Part shown: positions 13,381 to 26,099 of the stretch, piece after piece
Position numbering within the stretch: position 1 is the first letter of the stretch
Layout: the number at the start of each line of letters is the position of its first letter
Assembly (NCBI RefSeq): GCF_006345805.1
Contig: NC_043016.1
Location: 29,140,001 to 29,204,000 of the forward strand
From: Octopus sinensis
Lineage: Eukaryota
Reading direction: 5' to 3'
Length of the DNA: 64,000 bases
Notes under the pieces: generated by a model
Seen by the model: only the letters and a program-made list of their open reading frames with translations
What the model was told of the DNA's origin: nothing
The model's database searches: none
Position numbers and translations under genes: made by a program

Positions 13381-14369
13381 CCTATATACATACTCTTATA
13401 CACACTCAAATACTTATGCATGCACAAGAATTGTACTGAAAGTAAAGCAACTTGAATGACCCATACCAGCCATAAATAACACAAGTCATTCAAATTGCAT
13501 GTGTTGGTAGAGAAGAATAATTTTAGGCTAAAAAGACATCACCCAGTGTTTTCAGATTTTTCTGATATATTGAAGAGAACAGTGTCCTCTCCCATAATTT
13601 TGCCTTCTTCCTAACAACTATAATGGTTTTTGATTTAGATACAAAGGCAGCAATTTTGAAGGGCAGGAGATTATTACTTAACAGGTTGCTCCATTTTATC
13701 AACCTTGGAGGGAAGAAAAGCAAAGTTGATCCCAGTGGGATTTGAATTCAGAACGGAAAGAACCAAAATAAATTCTACAAGGTATTTTTTCTGATATTCT
13801 AAAGGATCTGCAAATTCACCATCTTCCAATTTATACTATGACAAAGAAAGTAGCATATTTATTAGTTTGGAGTGTGTAACTTTTGCTTAAAGAAAGCACT
13901 TATTAAAGTATACACTGTTTAGAAATTCCAATTCTAAAATATCTTTTTTTCAAAAATCAAAATGAGGTTTTTAATTTCTTTTATTATTGAAAATTCCATG
14001 TACGTACTTCAATCACAAAAATTTTTATTCGCACGTAAAAGCACCCACTACACTCTCAGAGTGGCTGGCGTTAGGAAGGGCATCCAACTGTAGAAACTCC
14101 GCCTGATCAGATTGGAGCCTGGTACAGCCATCTGGTTTGCCAGCCCTCAGTCAAATCGTCCAACCCATGCCAGCATGGAAAGCGGACGTTAAACGATGAT
14201 GATTATTATGATGACTGTGACAGTCTCTGTCTCTCTCTTGCTCTCTCTCTACTGCCTCTTCAATTGTTTTCAATAAAAATAACTGATTACATAGCTCTTT
14301 GTAATAGTAATAACAATAATACAAATCTCAGACAAGTCACATGATTCAGTTAGAAAACATCATTTTTAC

Positions 14370-14458
14370 CTGAGCCGTAGTTGAACCCTTTAAACTTGAA
14401 ATGCTTCCAGATCGTAATGATGTCTTTGATCCAAGAGGTTTTTTCTGGGACTTTGCAT
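14370..14458 (-). CDS. Coding exon (89 nt, phase 1 to 0): (D)AKSQKKPLGSKTSLRSGSISSLKGSTTAQ
   Basis: Acceptor aaatctgtttcAG, donor CAG|GTAAAA, open frame. Phase 1 start joins the 39030 exon (G+AT=Asp). Same K/S-rich composition. Confidence 0.82.
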
Positions 14459-14507
14459 CTGAAACAGATTTAAGGACAAGTGATGAATATTTTAAAATAC
14501 AATAAAA

Positions 14508-14574
<67 letters not shown>

Positions 14575-14861
14575 TGTGTGTGTGTGTGTGCGTGCATTCT
14601 CAAACTATTATGTATCAGAATAATTAAGGCAAGCGTTTTGGAGTTGTCTATGTTTGATGGATGATTTGGTATGAGATCATTGAGCTGAAATTAAAGACAT
14701 TTTAAAAACACTTTTGTTTCATTTTGTGATATCAATTTCTAGAGCCCTATACCTATGATCTGCACTCTGATGCTATTCTATGGTGTCTGTTATTTGTGAT
14801 ATATATATATACATATATATATATACACGGAGAGAGAGACAAGTATACGTTATATACATAT

Positions 14862-15105
14862 ATAGTTAGTTAGTTAGTTAATTTGGCTCAAAAGCAAATA
14901 GCAAGGCCATGTAGGGGGACATGGAGTTAAGTACAGGGTGGTGTTCATGTAAAGAGTTCAGGCCACTTGAGGTCAAGGGAGGCTTTGAACAAAGCGGTCG
15001 TCGGCATCTTCACCATCTCGTCTGGCAGCTTGTTCCACGGATCCGCAACCCGGACGGAGAAAGCTCCTCTCCTTCGATTGAGATGAAATCGTCGCAGGTA
15101 GAGCT
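14862..15105 (-). mobile_element. CR1-type LINE 3' end with (CTAA)n tail
   Basis: Minus strand gives RRGAFSVRVADPWNKLPDEMV...FKASLD, followed by a short UTR and the microsatellite tail. Confidence 0.85.
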
Positions 15106-15234
15106 TATATATATATATTATATATATTATATATATATATATATATACACATGCCTAAACACAGTATGTAGGTGTGCATGTATATATATATATATATATA
15201 TATACACATGCCTAAACACAGTATGTAGGTGTGC

Positions 15235-15293
<59 letters not shown>

Positions 15294-17121
15294 CATCAAC
15301 ACATATACACATTTTTTTTTTTTGAAGGGTAAAAGTCCCCCCCCCTCCAAAGTACTATTTGTTTGAGTAACGTGATCCGAGATCATGTGTCAAATTGAAA
15401 CAATGATGGCAGAATCATTTAAAACCATTCAAAAACAAAAAAAATCAAAACAAAACATTCCATTACATCATTATTCCATTATGCACTTATTCTATTATAT
15501 TCACTTTTATTTCTGTAATAATATTATGACTAATGTTGTAAATTATTGTTGAAGTCTATTTTTGTATGTTGTAAAACTTAACAGAAAATATATAGAATAT
15601 AAATGCAAAAGAATTTTGGTAAATGTTCTCTCCAAAGAACAATCAATTCAATATGTTAAATGAGCTTTTGTAATTCAACAGCGTACCCCACATATGACAT
15701 ATTCCATGTGTAATACAAAGAAATCTATAGCGAGACATTGGAAATGAAACATATAGAGAAGGAATTCTTAGCAAAAGATATGGAGAGGAGACAATTTCAT
15801 TTTGCTTTTTATGTCTATTTTTCTGTCTGTATAGGTGCAGGTATAACTGCGTGGTAAGAAGATTGTTTACCAACCAGATGGTTTCAGGTTCAGTCTTACA
15901 TAGGCGTAGGAGTGGTTGTGTGGTAAGTAGCAGGCTTACCAACCACATGGTTTCGGGTTCAGTCCCACTGTGTGGCACCTTGGGCAAGTGTCTTCTACTA
16001 TAGCATCTGGCCGACCAAAGCCTTGTGAGTGAATTTGTGGTAGACAGAAACTGAAAGAAGCCCACCGTATATATGTATGTATGTATGTATGTGTGTGTGT
16101 GTGTGTGTGTGTGAGTGTGTGTTAGTACCCCCACCATCACTTGACAACCGATGTTGATGTGTTTACATCCCCATAACTTAGGAATGTGGCAAAAGAGACC
16201 GATATACTAAGTAATTAGGCTTACAAAGAATAAGTCCTGGGGTTGATTTGTCCGACTAAAGGCGATGCTCCAGCATGGCCACAGTCAAATGACAGAAACA
16301 AGAAAATATGTATAAAACACTACAAGCATAGTTGTGTGGTAAGAATTTCGTTTCTCAACCACATGGTTTTGGGTTCAGTCCAACAGTGTGGAACCTTGAG
16401 CAAGTGTCTTCAACTATAACCCTGGGTTGACAAAGTATCATGCACACATACACACACACACACACACACCTATGCGCATGTGTCTGTGTGTGTGGGTGTG
16501 TTGTATTGTCTTCTTGCTTTGATATCACATGATAGTGGTAAGATTGTTTCCAAGCTTCTGAGATATGTCTGGTCATGAGTAAATACTACCTTACTAGCAA
16601 ACAAGGAAGAGTTGGTGACAGGAAGGGCATCAGGCTGTAGAAAATCCATTGCAATAAATTCCATGATGGCAACCAAAATGGATGTCAACTATTTCCATGT
16701 AAAAGTCATTAAACTTCCATTAAAAAGTACTGAGTGGGCCTTTAGTTTGATGTTAAATTGCTTTTGTTTACATATATATATATAAAACTTGAAATAAAAA
16801 CAAACATTAATGTGTGTGTGTGTGTATGTGCGTGCGTGCGTGCATGCATGCATACATACATACATATTATAAATAAGGGCAAACGAAAAAATTTCTAATG
16901 CCAAATAAATTTAACCTTTAAAGGTACTTTTTAATATGCTGGCCATTGATAAAATTTTTTTTGAAAAGAATTTTTTTTCGAAAAAAATTTTATCCTGCCG
17001 GCCTGCCTGCCTGCATGCATGCATGCATGCATGCATGCATACATGCATACATGCATACATGCATACATACATACATACATACATACATACATACATACAT
17101 ACATACATACATGTATGTATG

Positions 17122-18249
17122 TATAGGTGGTCTAAAATAAGTTTATTTAAAAATTAAATTTTTTAATGTTTTTATTGATTTTTATAAAAACCTTGGAGAT
17201 TAAACCATGGAAAAGTTCATGACCAAACAGCAAACACAAATTGTGCAATTTTATTATCAAAACTAAGGATCAATAATTCTAACTCAATGAGCATACTGTT
17301 GCCCTTATGGTGTGAGAGATTTGGGGTTTGGAAAATCCTAGACCAATTCACCAAAGGGAATTGTATCCCCTTAAGTGTACAGTCTGGTGTGGAGTGATGT
17401 GAGAAGACGTGATGGGACCTTATTTTTGTGAAGAACTTTCCACAATTACAGGGTATGGACATTGGTCTATGATCAAAAATTTTTTACTCCCAGCAGTTTG
17501 TGATAAACCTGGCATGTCATTCCAACAGGACAGAGACACAGCACAAGGCCCACAATATAACTGTTTGAGCATATTTTTAAGGGAAGAATAATTTCCTGCA
17601 GTTGTGACATCTGCTGGCCATCACTTTCTCCAGATCTGACAGCTCCTGACTACTTCCTATGGGGTTATCTCATGGAAGAAAAATTATGTTAACAAGTCTC
17701 AGACACTTCAACAGCTTAAGAACAATATTTAGACTGAAATCAGAGCACTAGAACCTGAAACATTAAGGGTTGTCATAGAAAACACCTTAGAAAGGGCACG
17801 TTTGTGTGAAGTAGAAAATAGAGGCCATTTATGAGATGTGAGTTTGCATATGTAATGTAAATACATTTTCTATATGTACTGTACCAGCGTCGCCTTGCTG
17901 GCACCTGTGCCGGTGGCATGTGTAAAAAGATTCGAGCGAGGTCGTTGCCAGTACCGCCTGACTGGCCCCCGTGCCAGTGGCATGTAAAAGCACCCACTAC
18001 ACTCTTGGAGTGGTTGGTGTTAGGAAGGGCATCCAGCTGTAGAAACTCTGCCAGAACAAGATTGGAGCCTGGTGCAGCCATCTGGTTTGCCAGCCCTCAG
18101 TCAAATCGTCCAACCCATGCTAGCATGGAAAGCGGACGTTAAACGATGATGATGATGATTGTTTATGACACTATAGTTTTTGCAAATTTAAAACAAAATA
18201 TAAAGGGGTTATAAAGCATTCAAACCCCTTCATGACTTTTGGCTCACAC

Positions 18250-18255
<6 letters not shown>
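17122..18255 (+). mobile_element. Decayed rosa-like (about DD41D) Tc1/mariner element, interrupted by a family C repeat at 17880-18160
   Basis: MEKFMTKQQTQIVQFYYQN N-terminus, CTVWCGV, FQQD and WPSLSPDLTAPDYFLWGYL. D-D spacing is about 39-41 across a frameshift. Termini uncertain. Confidence 0.75.
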
Positions 18256-18288
<33 letters not shown>

Positions 18289-19390
18289 GTATATAGACAC
18301 ACCCACACACACATACATATACATATAGTTAGAATAGAAAGACACTGTTGCTAGCCGAGAAATGGCCACACATCCATACTACATTCCTGGTAAAGTGTGT
18401 TAATGCCTCCTGCACACCCTTACCACCACCATTACCCAAGCCTTCCCCTAACAGTTGTTGGGTCCTTATAGTTTAAAATACCATTCAAATATATATCATG
18501 ACATGAAGATAGTAGTAATAATGGAAAAAGACCAGTTCGAAAGTTGGAATTAGAAGTTAGGACTAATTCTTTTCATTATCAAATTCTTCAACAAACCAAA
18601 GTGAAGCAGTAAAATCGCTTAAAATAAATCTAAGATAACAGTCTGTTGCAGGCAGTTATCGACTTTTCCCGATATCACAACATGTTATGGGACAACACTA
18701 GTACAGAATGTAATATAATTATTTGTATAGTAATTAGCTGTGCACTAGAGAAATTAATTTGTATTTAATTCTTGTACACAAGTAATCTACGTGGTCACAT
18801 GAACTGCAAGAAATAACAACTGAATTCTCAAAATCACATCCTTATTATCTATCTTGAGAAAGGCAAGATATTTTGTATAATGTAGTGAGGAATATGTGAG
18901 AAAGATCAAATGGCTATGATTGGAAAAGCTGTGGCTATAAATAATTTCAACTGAATCGGGACTATCCTGGGAGATAAACAACAACTTGTAAAATCTTCAG
19001 ATATTCACATCTGCCATCATCGCACTATTATCATCTATACCACCACCACCACCACCACCACCACCACCATGATCATGACACCACTTCATCATCATCATAA
19101 GTATCATCAACACATCCACTACTTTCACCACTATCCTGTTGCCCCCCCCCCGTCCTTATTGCTGCTACTCTTGCTGTTACTACTACAGCCACTACTGCCA
19201 CCACTGCAAGATATGGGTTAATCGTATTAGAAATTCTTAGAAAAAGAAGGCTACTGGAAAAATATAAGAACACACACACATATATAAAATGGATGTTGTT
19301 GCTGGAATATTTACAAAGAGAGAAAGAGGTGGAATAACCAAAGAAACCAAATAACTTAAATGGACAGAGATCCAAGTATAAGAGTGATAC

Positions 19391-19459
19391 CTTCACAAGA
19401 ATTAAGCAAGTAAATAGGCAGATAAGATTTCACTAAGAACAGAAACAGGTTTGCCCGAC
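19391..19459 (-). CDS. Candidate symmetric (phase 1-1) 69-nt cassette exon: (G)RANLFLFLVKSYLPIYLLNSCE
   Basis: aactttctctcAG acceptor and GAAG|GTATCA donor. Length is divisible by 3 and open in the required frame. Hydrophobic composition is atypical for this protein. Confidence 0.25.
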
Positions 19460-19604
19460 CTGAGAGAAAGTTATTTCAGTTGCTATTGCACTGCCTTATA
19501 ATGTTTATATGAAAATATAATTTTTATTCTACATGTGACCTCGTCTGTATCACTAGCAATTTTTTTCCCCTGTCTTCCCTTCTCGGGATCTTTCCTTCTC
19601 CTAT

Positions 19605-19639
19605 GTTTCCGACGAAGAGCTCCGCTCGAAACGTCAAAC
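19605..19639 (+). ncRNA. Minimal hammerhead-like motif (core U4 replaced by C) in a TA-associated repeat (about 19560-19745)
   Basis: GTTT-CCGACGA-A-GAGC(TCC)GCTC-GAAA-CG-TC-AAAC. Confidence 0.45.
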
Positions 19640-19739
19640 CCTCCTTCTTCCCTTCTTTCCTGAGCGTCCAATAATACTTTATTTGTTCCACGTCCTTGCG
19701 TTGTTGTTTTTTTGTTTTTTTGCTATCTTGTTTGGATTA

Positions 19740-19777
<38 letters not shown>

Positions 19778-19939
19778 TACTGAATCCAAAACCACATTAA
19801 AACAAGTGACATGACAGAAGAGATAATTAAAGTAGGAACCTGATCAGTATAATTTTTAATATTTTCAGATTTTAGTAATTGCAAAAAAAAAAAAAAAAAA
19901 ATTAAAAAGTGACCCCTGAATTAGGTTATGTTATCTGCT

Positions 19940-20320
19940 GTAATATGTAATTATGTAATGTAGTCTTAGCAATACATAATATAGTCTTAGTAATATGTAA
20001 TATAGTATCTGTAATTTGTAATAAAGTCATAATATATGTAATATAGTCCCAGTAATATGTAATACAGTTACTGTAAATCTGTAATGTAGTCCCTATAATA
20101 TATAATATGGTCCCTGTAATATGTAATGTGTAATATAGTTCTTGTAATGTGTAATATATTCCCTGTAATGTATAATATAGTCCCTGTAATGTGTAATATA
20201 GTCCCTGTAATGCGTAATAGAATCCCAGTAATATGTAATGTATTTGTAATCTGTAATGTAGTATTTATAATATCTAATACAGCCCCTGTAATATGTAATA
20301 TAGTCGCTGTAATATGTAAG
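19940..20320. repeat. Degenerate 21-bp minisatellite (gtaatatgtaatatagtccct)n, about 17-18 units
   Basis: Visible periodicity; spurious MCNIVPV repeats in ORF 20126..20329. Confidence 0.85.
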
Positions 20321-20431
20321 TCTCCATGATTAATTAACTATAATTAAATGAGTCCCGAAGGGAAATTTCCAAAACAGGAATTCCCAAGAATGCATTCACA
20401 TATCACAAATTCCATTAATATCTGCTGTTAT

Positions 20432-20739
20432 GTGGAGGCGCAATGGCCCAGTGGTTAGGGCAGCAGACTCACGGTCGTAGAATCGCGGTTTCGATTCCCA
20501 GACTGTGCGTTGTGTGTGTTTATTGAGCGAAAACACCTAAAAAGCTCCACGAGGCTCCGGCCGGGGGTGGTGATCCCTGCTGTGCTCTTTCACCACTCCT
20601 CTCACTCTTTCTTCTGTTGGCCTGCGCACTTAGCCAGCGGGGTGGCGTCATTCGAAGGCTAAAAAAAAACAATGCGAATGCATTGTGACCAGTGATGTGT
20701 AACAACATCTGATGGTCTGGTCGGTCACGTGATCACGTG
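20432..20739 (+). mobile_element. SINE family D (tRNA-like head), intact, 12-bp TSD
   Basis: A box tggcccagtggt and B box ggtttcgattcc; TSD atctgctgttat at 20420-20431 and 20740-20751. Confidence 0.85.
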
Positions 20740-21139
20740 ATCTGCTGTTATATAGTCCTTAAATAAGTCCAAGAGTTTTTAGACATTGAATGGCTAGGGG
20801 GCCTCTCCTCCTAACCCAGAGTAAAATAGGAATCAGAGGGGCCCATATGTAAAAAATGGTTGAAAACCATTGTAGTAGACCTCTGATCAAAGATGCTTCT
20901 GCTGTAACCATCCTGTTTGTTGCTTTATTCAGACAGTTGGATTTGATCTGAGATTAATTTAACCCCAGGTTTACCCAGATCTGCCAGATCTATGATCAAA
21001 GATATTTTGTTTGGACATCTGGTCTTTTTTGTTTTTTTAGACATTGTTCTTCAGTTTTGTGTATGATTTGAGGGAGATTTGGCTGCTACTTTTAGGTCAA
21101 ATGTCTGTGTAGGGGCTTCTTCTTTGGAACAACAACAAC

Positions 21140-22830
21140 AATAATAATAATGTATCATTTTGGCACAAGGCCAGCAATTTTGAAGGGAGTGGGTACCTCA
21201 GTTATATTGACTGCCTGTATTTGACTGGCACCAACCCCAAAAGGATAAAAGCTAAAGTTGAACACGGCAGAATTTGAACTTGGACCATAAAGGGTCAGAA
21301 TGAATACTACAAAAGATATTTTTTTTATCCCTGATGCTCTAATGATTCTGCCAGTCCCCACCCATCTTAATAATAATAATGATAATAATAATAATAATAA
21401 CCCTTTCTACTATAGGCGCAAGGCCTGGATTTTGTGGGGAGGAGGACAGTCAATCACATCAACCCCAGTACTCCACTGGTACTTAATTTATTGACTGACC
21501 CCTGAAAGGATGAAAGGCAAGGCTGACCTTGGCGGAATTTGAACTGAGAACGTAGTTGCAAATGAAGTACCACTAAGCACTTCACCTAGTGGGCTAACAA
21601 TTCTGCCAGCTCGCCACTTTATTAATAATAATGATAATAATCCTTTTTACTATATGCACAAGACCTGGAATTTTTTTTTGGGGGGGGGGGCTAGTTGATT
21701 GCATCGACTCCAGTGTATCACTGATACTTAATTTATCAACTTCAAAAGGATGAAAGGCAAAGTTGACCATGGTGGAATTTGTACTCAAAACATAGTGGCA
21801 GATGAAATATCACTAAGCATTTCACCCACCAGGTTAACAATTCTGCCAGTTCACAACCTTATTATTATTAATAATGATGATGATGATGATAATAATAATA
21901 ATAATAATAATCCTTTCTACTATAGGTACAGGGCCTGAAATTTTGGGGAGGGGGATAGTCAGTTACAGTGACCCCAGTACATAACTGGTACTTAATTTAT
22001 CAGAATTTGAATGAGAACGAAAAGCTAAAAGAAATGCTACAAAGAAATTTCTTCTGATATGTTAATGATTCCGCCAGCTTGCTACTTAATAATTTCAAAT
22101 TTTGGCACAAGGCCAGCAATTTCAGGAGAGACGGTAAGTTGATCAAATCAGGCCCAGTGTTCAACAGGTACTTATTTTATCAACCCCTGAAAGGGATGAA
22201 AGACAAGATCAACCCCAACAGAATTTGAACACAAAACACAAAGACATGAAAAGCTGCAAGGCATTTCATCCACTGTGCTAACAATTCTGCCAATTCACTG
22301 CCATCATCATAATAATAATAATAATAATCCTTTCTACTATAGTAGAAATTTGGGTGAGGGAACTAGTCGATTACATCGACCCCAGTATTTCACTGGTACT
22401 TAATTTAAAGGCAGAGTTGAACTTGGCGGAATTTGAACTCAGAATGTGTAGACGGATGAAATGCTGCTAAGCATTTGATCCGGCAGGCTAATGATTCTTA
22501 TTTCTTTATTGCCCACAAGGGGCTAAACTTAGAGGGGACAAACAAAGGGATTAAATCAATTACATCAACACCAGTGCATAACTGGTACTAAATTTATCGA
22601 CCCTGAAAGGATGAAAGGCAAAGTCGACCTTGGCAGAATTTGAACTCAGAATGTAATGGCAGACGAAATACCACTAAGAATTTCGCCTGGCGTGCTAATG
22701 TTTCTGCCAGCTCGGCGCCTTTATCCCTAACGATTCTGCTATTCCTATCCCTAATGATTCGGAATCATCCTTTATCCCTAATGATTCGGAATCATCCTTT
22801 ATCCCTAATGATTCGGAATCATGCTAATGA
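21140..22830 (-). repeat. Head-to-tail cluster of about 7-8 family B SINE copies separated by (TAA)n
   Basis: Repeated blocks aatcctttctactataggc...gaaaggatgaaaggcaaagt...gaatttgaactcag...ctaatgattctgccag. Confidence 0.85.
22718..22822. repeat. 27-bp tandem repeat (cctttatccctaatgattcggaatcat), about 4 units, with an internal palindrome
   Basis: Two exact units, one near-exact unit and one degenerate unit. Confidence 0.9.
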
Positions 22831-25218
22831 TTCTGTCAGCTCACCGTCTTATATAATAATAATTTTATTATTATTATTATTAGTAGTAGAATTATCACCT
22901 ATCAAGAAAACAGAACCACCATCCAGCAAAAATGAAAGGAATTACATAAAATATGTTTCAAATGGGCAGAACTGATAATACTACCATAAGGGCTTTGGAA
23001 CACATCATCCGATCATCTTTAGACTACCTAAGGGATAGGAAAATTTAGTTTCCTCTAGGGAGCAGTACCCATTTTATTTGCAAAATTTGGACCTTTGGAA
23101 ACTTAAATTGCAGTTTTGAAAAGAATGACAGTTCTTTGGAAATTAGCATAATCACCATGCACTCCACCACACACTGCACGCATGCACATGCACCCACAGT
23201 TATATGGCTATGGGAACATGCCCAACACTGAAAACTCGGTCTAAGACTTCTGTGTGGCATTAATATACACATATACACACACATGCATGCATATAGATGA
23301 TTATTTAACGTCAGCATCAACAACAACAACACTTGCAGTAACCGAAATCTGCGACGAGTAAAAAGGATAAAATGGGGGAAAGAAAAGGCACAATTCTTGC
23401 AGCCCCAAAGAAAACATCCCATTCTTGTGCAAATCTTCTTCATAAAAAAAAACTATGGAGTAAAAAAAAAAAAGAATATACCAATAAGGCTGATAGTAAA
23501 AGAGAGATTGAGAGAGAGGAAGGAGAGAAGGAGAAAGAAATATTAACCACCTTTGTGTATGTGTGTGTGTGTGTGTGGTGTGTGTGTGTGGTGTGTGTGT
23601 GTGTGTGAGTGTGTGGTGTGCATGTGTGGCATGGTGTGGTATGACGGTGCGTGTGATATGGTGTGGTGTGTGTGTGTTGTCTGCAAGGGTTGAAACATAA
23701 CTGTCAAACTCAAATATATTTTGCTTAATTTAAATTAAAATAAAGAAAAATTAAAGAAACACACATGCGCGACACCACACAAACACACCACACACACACA
23801 CACTAAAGAAAATTTATTGATTATTTCAGTAGTGACGAAACATATTGGAGATATAAGTATGGTCGGTTAGTTGAGTTTATCAATGGCAGAAAGCATTGAT
23901 CATTGCAGCGGAAGAATGAATGAATGAATGAGTGTATGATGTAAGGAATGAAGGCATGAAGGAAGGAAAGAAGAACAAAAGAAAAGACGAAAGGAAAAAC
24001 ATGGAGACAGAAATAAATCACATTGGATATTTAGACTCACTTGTTCTTCACCGAAGGAATTTCGGAATTAATTTAGAAAATTGTGACAAGATACAATGAC
24101 AACAATAAAAGGCATAAGAGAACAAAATAAAAAAAAGCGAAAAAAAAAAAAAATAAAAAGGAGAAAAACAACAACAAAAGAAAATGCGATTATGAGTCAT
24201 AGTCAGGTCCGGACATTAGAATAATGTTTGACCAACACCCAGTCACACCCAAACACACAGATGCACGCACTCACAGACACATACACACACACACATACAT
24301 ACATATATTAAAGTGTTGCCAAAAAGAACACTTACTCCTTAAACTAATTAGAATTAATATATTTTTGAATAATTAGTCTTTTGAAACTCACACACACACA
24401 CACAAAATTACATATGCACATACACATATAAACATGTAATACATACACAAGAATTTGCATGCATATTCAAAACATGCACATATGCACATGTAGATATGCA
24501 TTCACATAAAGATATAGCACACACACACAAATTCATATATATATAGTTATGTGCATACACACAGCTACATACATACAGAGAAATATACATACACACATGA
24601 GAATTCTATGTAAGAATTCTATATTTCTAAGTGAAAATATTTGTATTCTGCTGGATTACAATAATGACATTTTACTAAAGACAATCAGTGAGAAAATTTA
24701 CTACATTATAAAACAGAATATCAGAATAACAGAATATAAAACAGATGGCAATGCAACAGTTTAATATCATATAAATTAAACATTGCTTTCCTAATGGTTT
24801 GCGACATGTCATGGAACCATTACAAGATTGTCATGTGCAGTAGCAAGACCAGACGAAAAGTAGAAATACACACACACACACAACTAGAAAGACAGTTGAA
24901 GGAGGGAGAAAAAGGGGAAAAGAATTTACATACAACTACACACACACATGTATGTATGCATATTAGTCTAACCATGCCAGCATCAAACACAGGCATTTGA
25001 TGATGATAATATATATATTTGTATTGGTGTGTATATAATATATATATAATAATATATATATATATATAATAATATTAAGAAATAATATGTTCAAATTAAT
25101 ATGTTCAATAAGAAATAATTATTTTCGAAATTATTCTCTTATGAGTTTTCACGCTATCTACCTGACAATTTCTTGTTAAGTTTTCCTTATTAAGTAGTTG
25201 TCCTTAATTGCTATATAT

Positions 25219-25263
<45 letters not shown>

Positions 25264-25463
25264 CAAAGGAATTCCAACTGTCTGTTTTTTATGTTTTATT
25301 TATATTCTAAATAATATTAATGTAGAATATAGAATATATAGTATAAATAGTATATATATAGTAAGATGAAATGAAGTATTGATTGTCTTATTGAATAGAT
25401 GAAATATTGAATATCAAATATTAAGGGACTAGTATATCCCTCTATACACAATCATACAAACCC

Positions 25464-25517
<54 letters not shown>

Positions 25518-25975
25518 CATACACACATATAATATCAGTGAGAAACACTAAGAGATATTGCAGATAAAAATACGTTACTGTTTGCTAAAATAATGATAAA
25601 CAACATCAACTGCTCTGAAGAAAGGAAGAAGAGAGAAATTTAAAATAGACAAAAGACAGACACACTATGTCATGCGTGTATATAATTATTTCTGAATGTA
25701 TTAGAATCTCTGAATGTATATTGTGAATATATTAGAGCAAAACAGAAATTACACAAGTTCAAATGGAAAAGAAACCCTACCTTTTTCCTGTGTAAACCAC
25801 CAGATCTAGAGTGGTTACTCTAATGTTGTCATTTATAGTATATTGATGACACCAGATGATCAACAGGAGGAAAAGTGAAAGTAAAAGTAAAGGGGCGAGA
25901 GATGCAGGAATGGGGGGTGTTTGGTTATTTGATTTCTTTCTTCTTTCTCTTTTTTTTTTTTTTTTTTGGTCCCAG

Positions 25976-26099
25976 TGTTTACCAGTCTACTACTATGTAA
26001 AACAGAGAATAAAATGCTTCAGTAATTCTGCCATACAGCCAGCAGCACACACCCTTTTGAACATTTGTCTTGGAGGTGCCAAGAGCGGTGGGAGGAGAG
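25976..26099 (+). other. Antisense (plus-strand) exon, 124 nt; frame 0 is open (CLPVYYYVKQRIKCFSNSAIQPAAHTLLNICLGGAKSGGRR); coding or lncRNA
   Basis: About 35-nt pyrimidine tract ending ggtcccAG, and a consensus GAG|GTAAGT donor, in non-repetitive sequence. Confidence 0.5.

Noticed and set aside
16936-16985. 14-bp inverted repeat
   Set aside because: Made of A/T homopolymers; expected by chance.
20432-20510. tRNA gene
   Set aside because: It has A and B boxes but continues into a SINE body with a TSD, so it is a tRNA-derived head.
22718-22822. CRISPR-like palindromic repeats
   Set aside because: No spacers, no cas genes, and the context is eukaryotic and SINE-derived.
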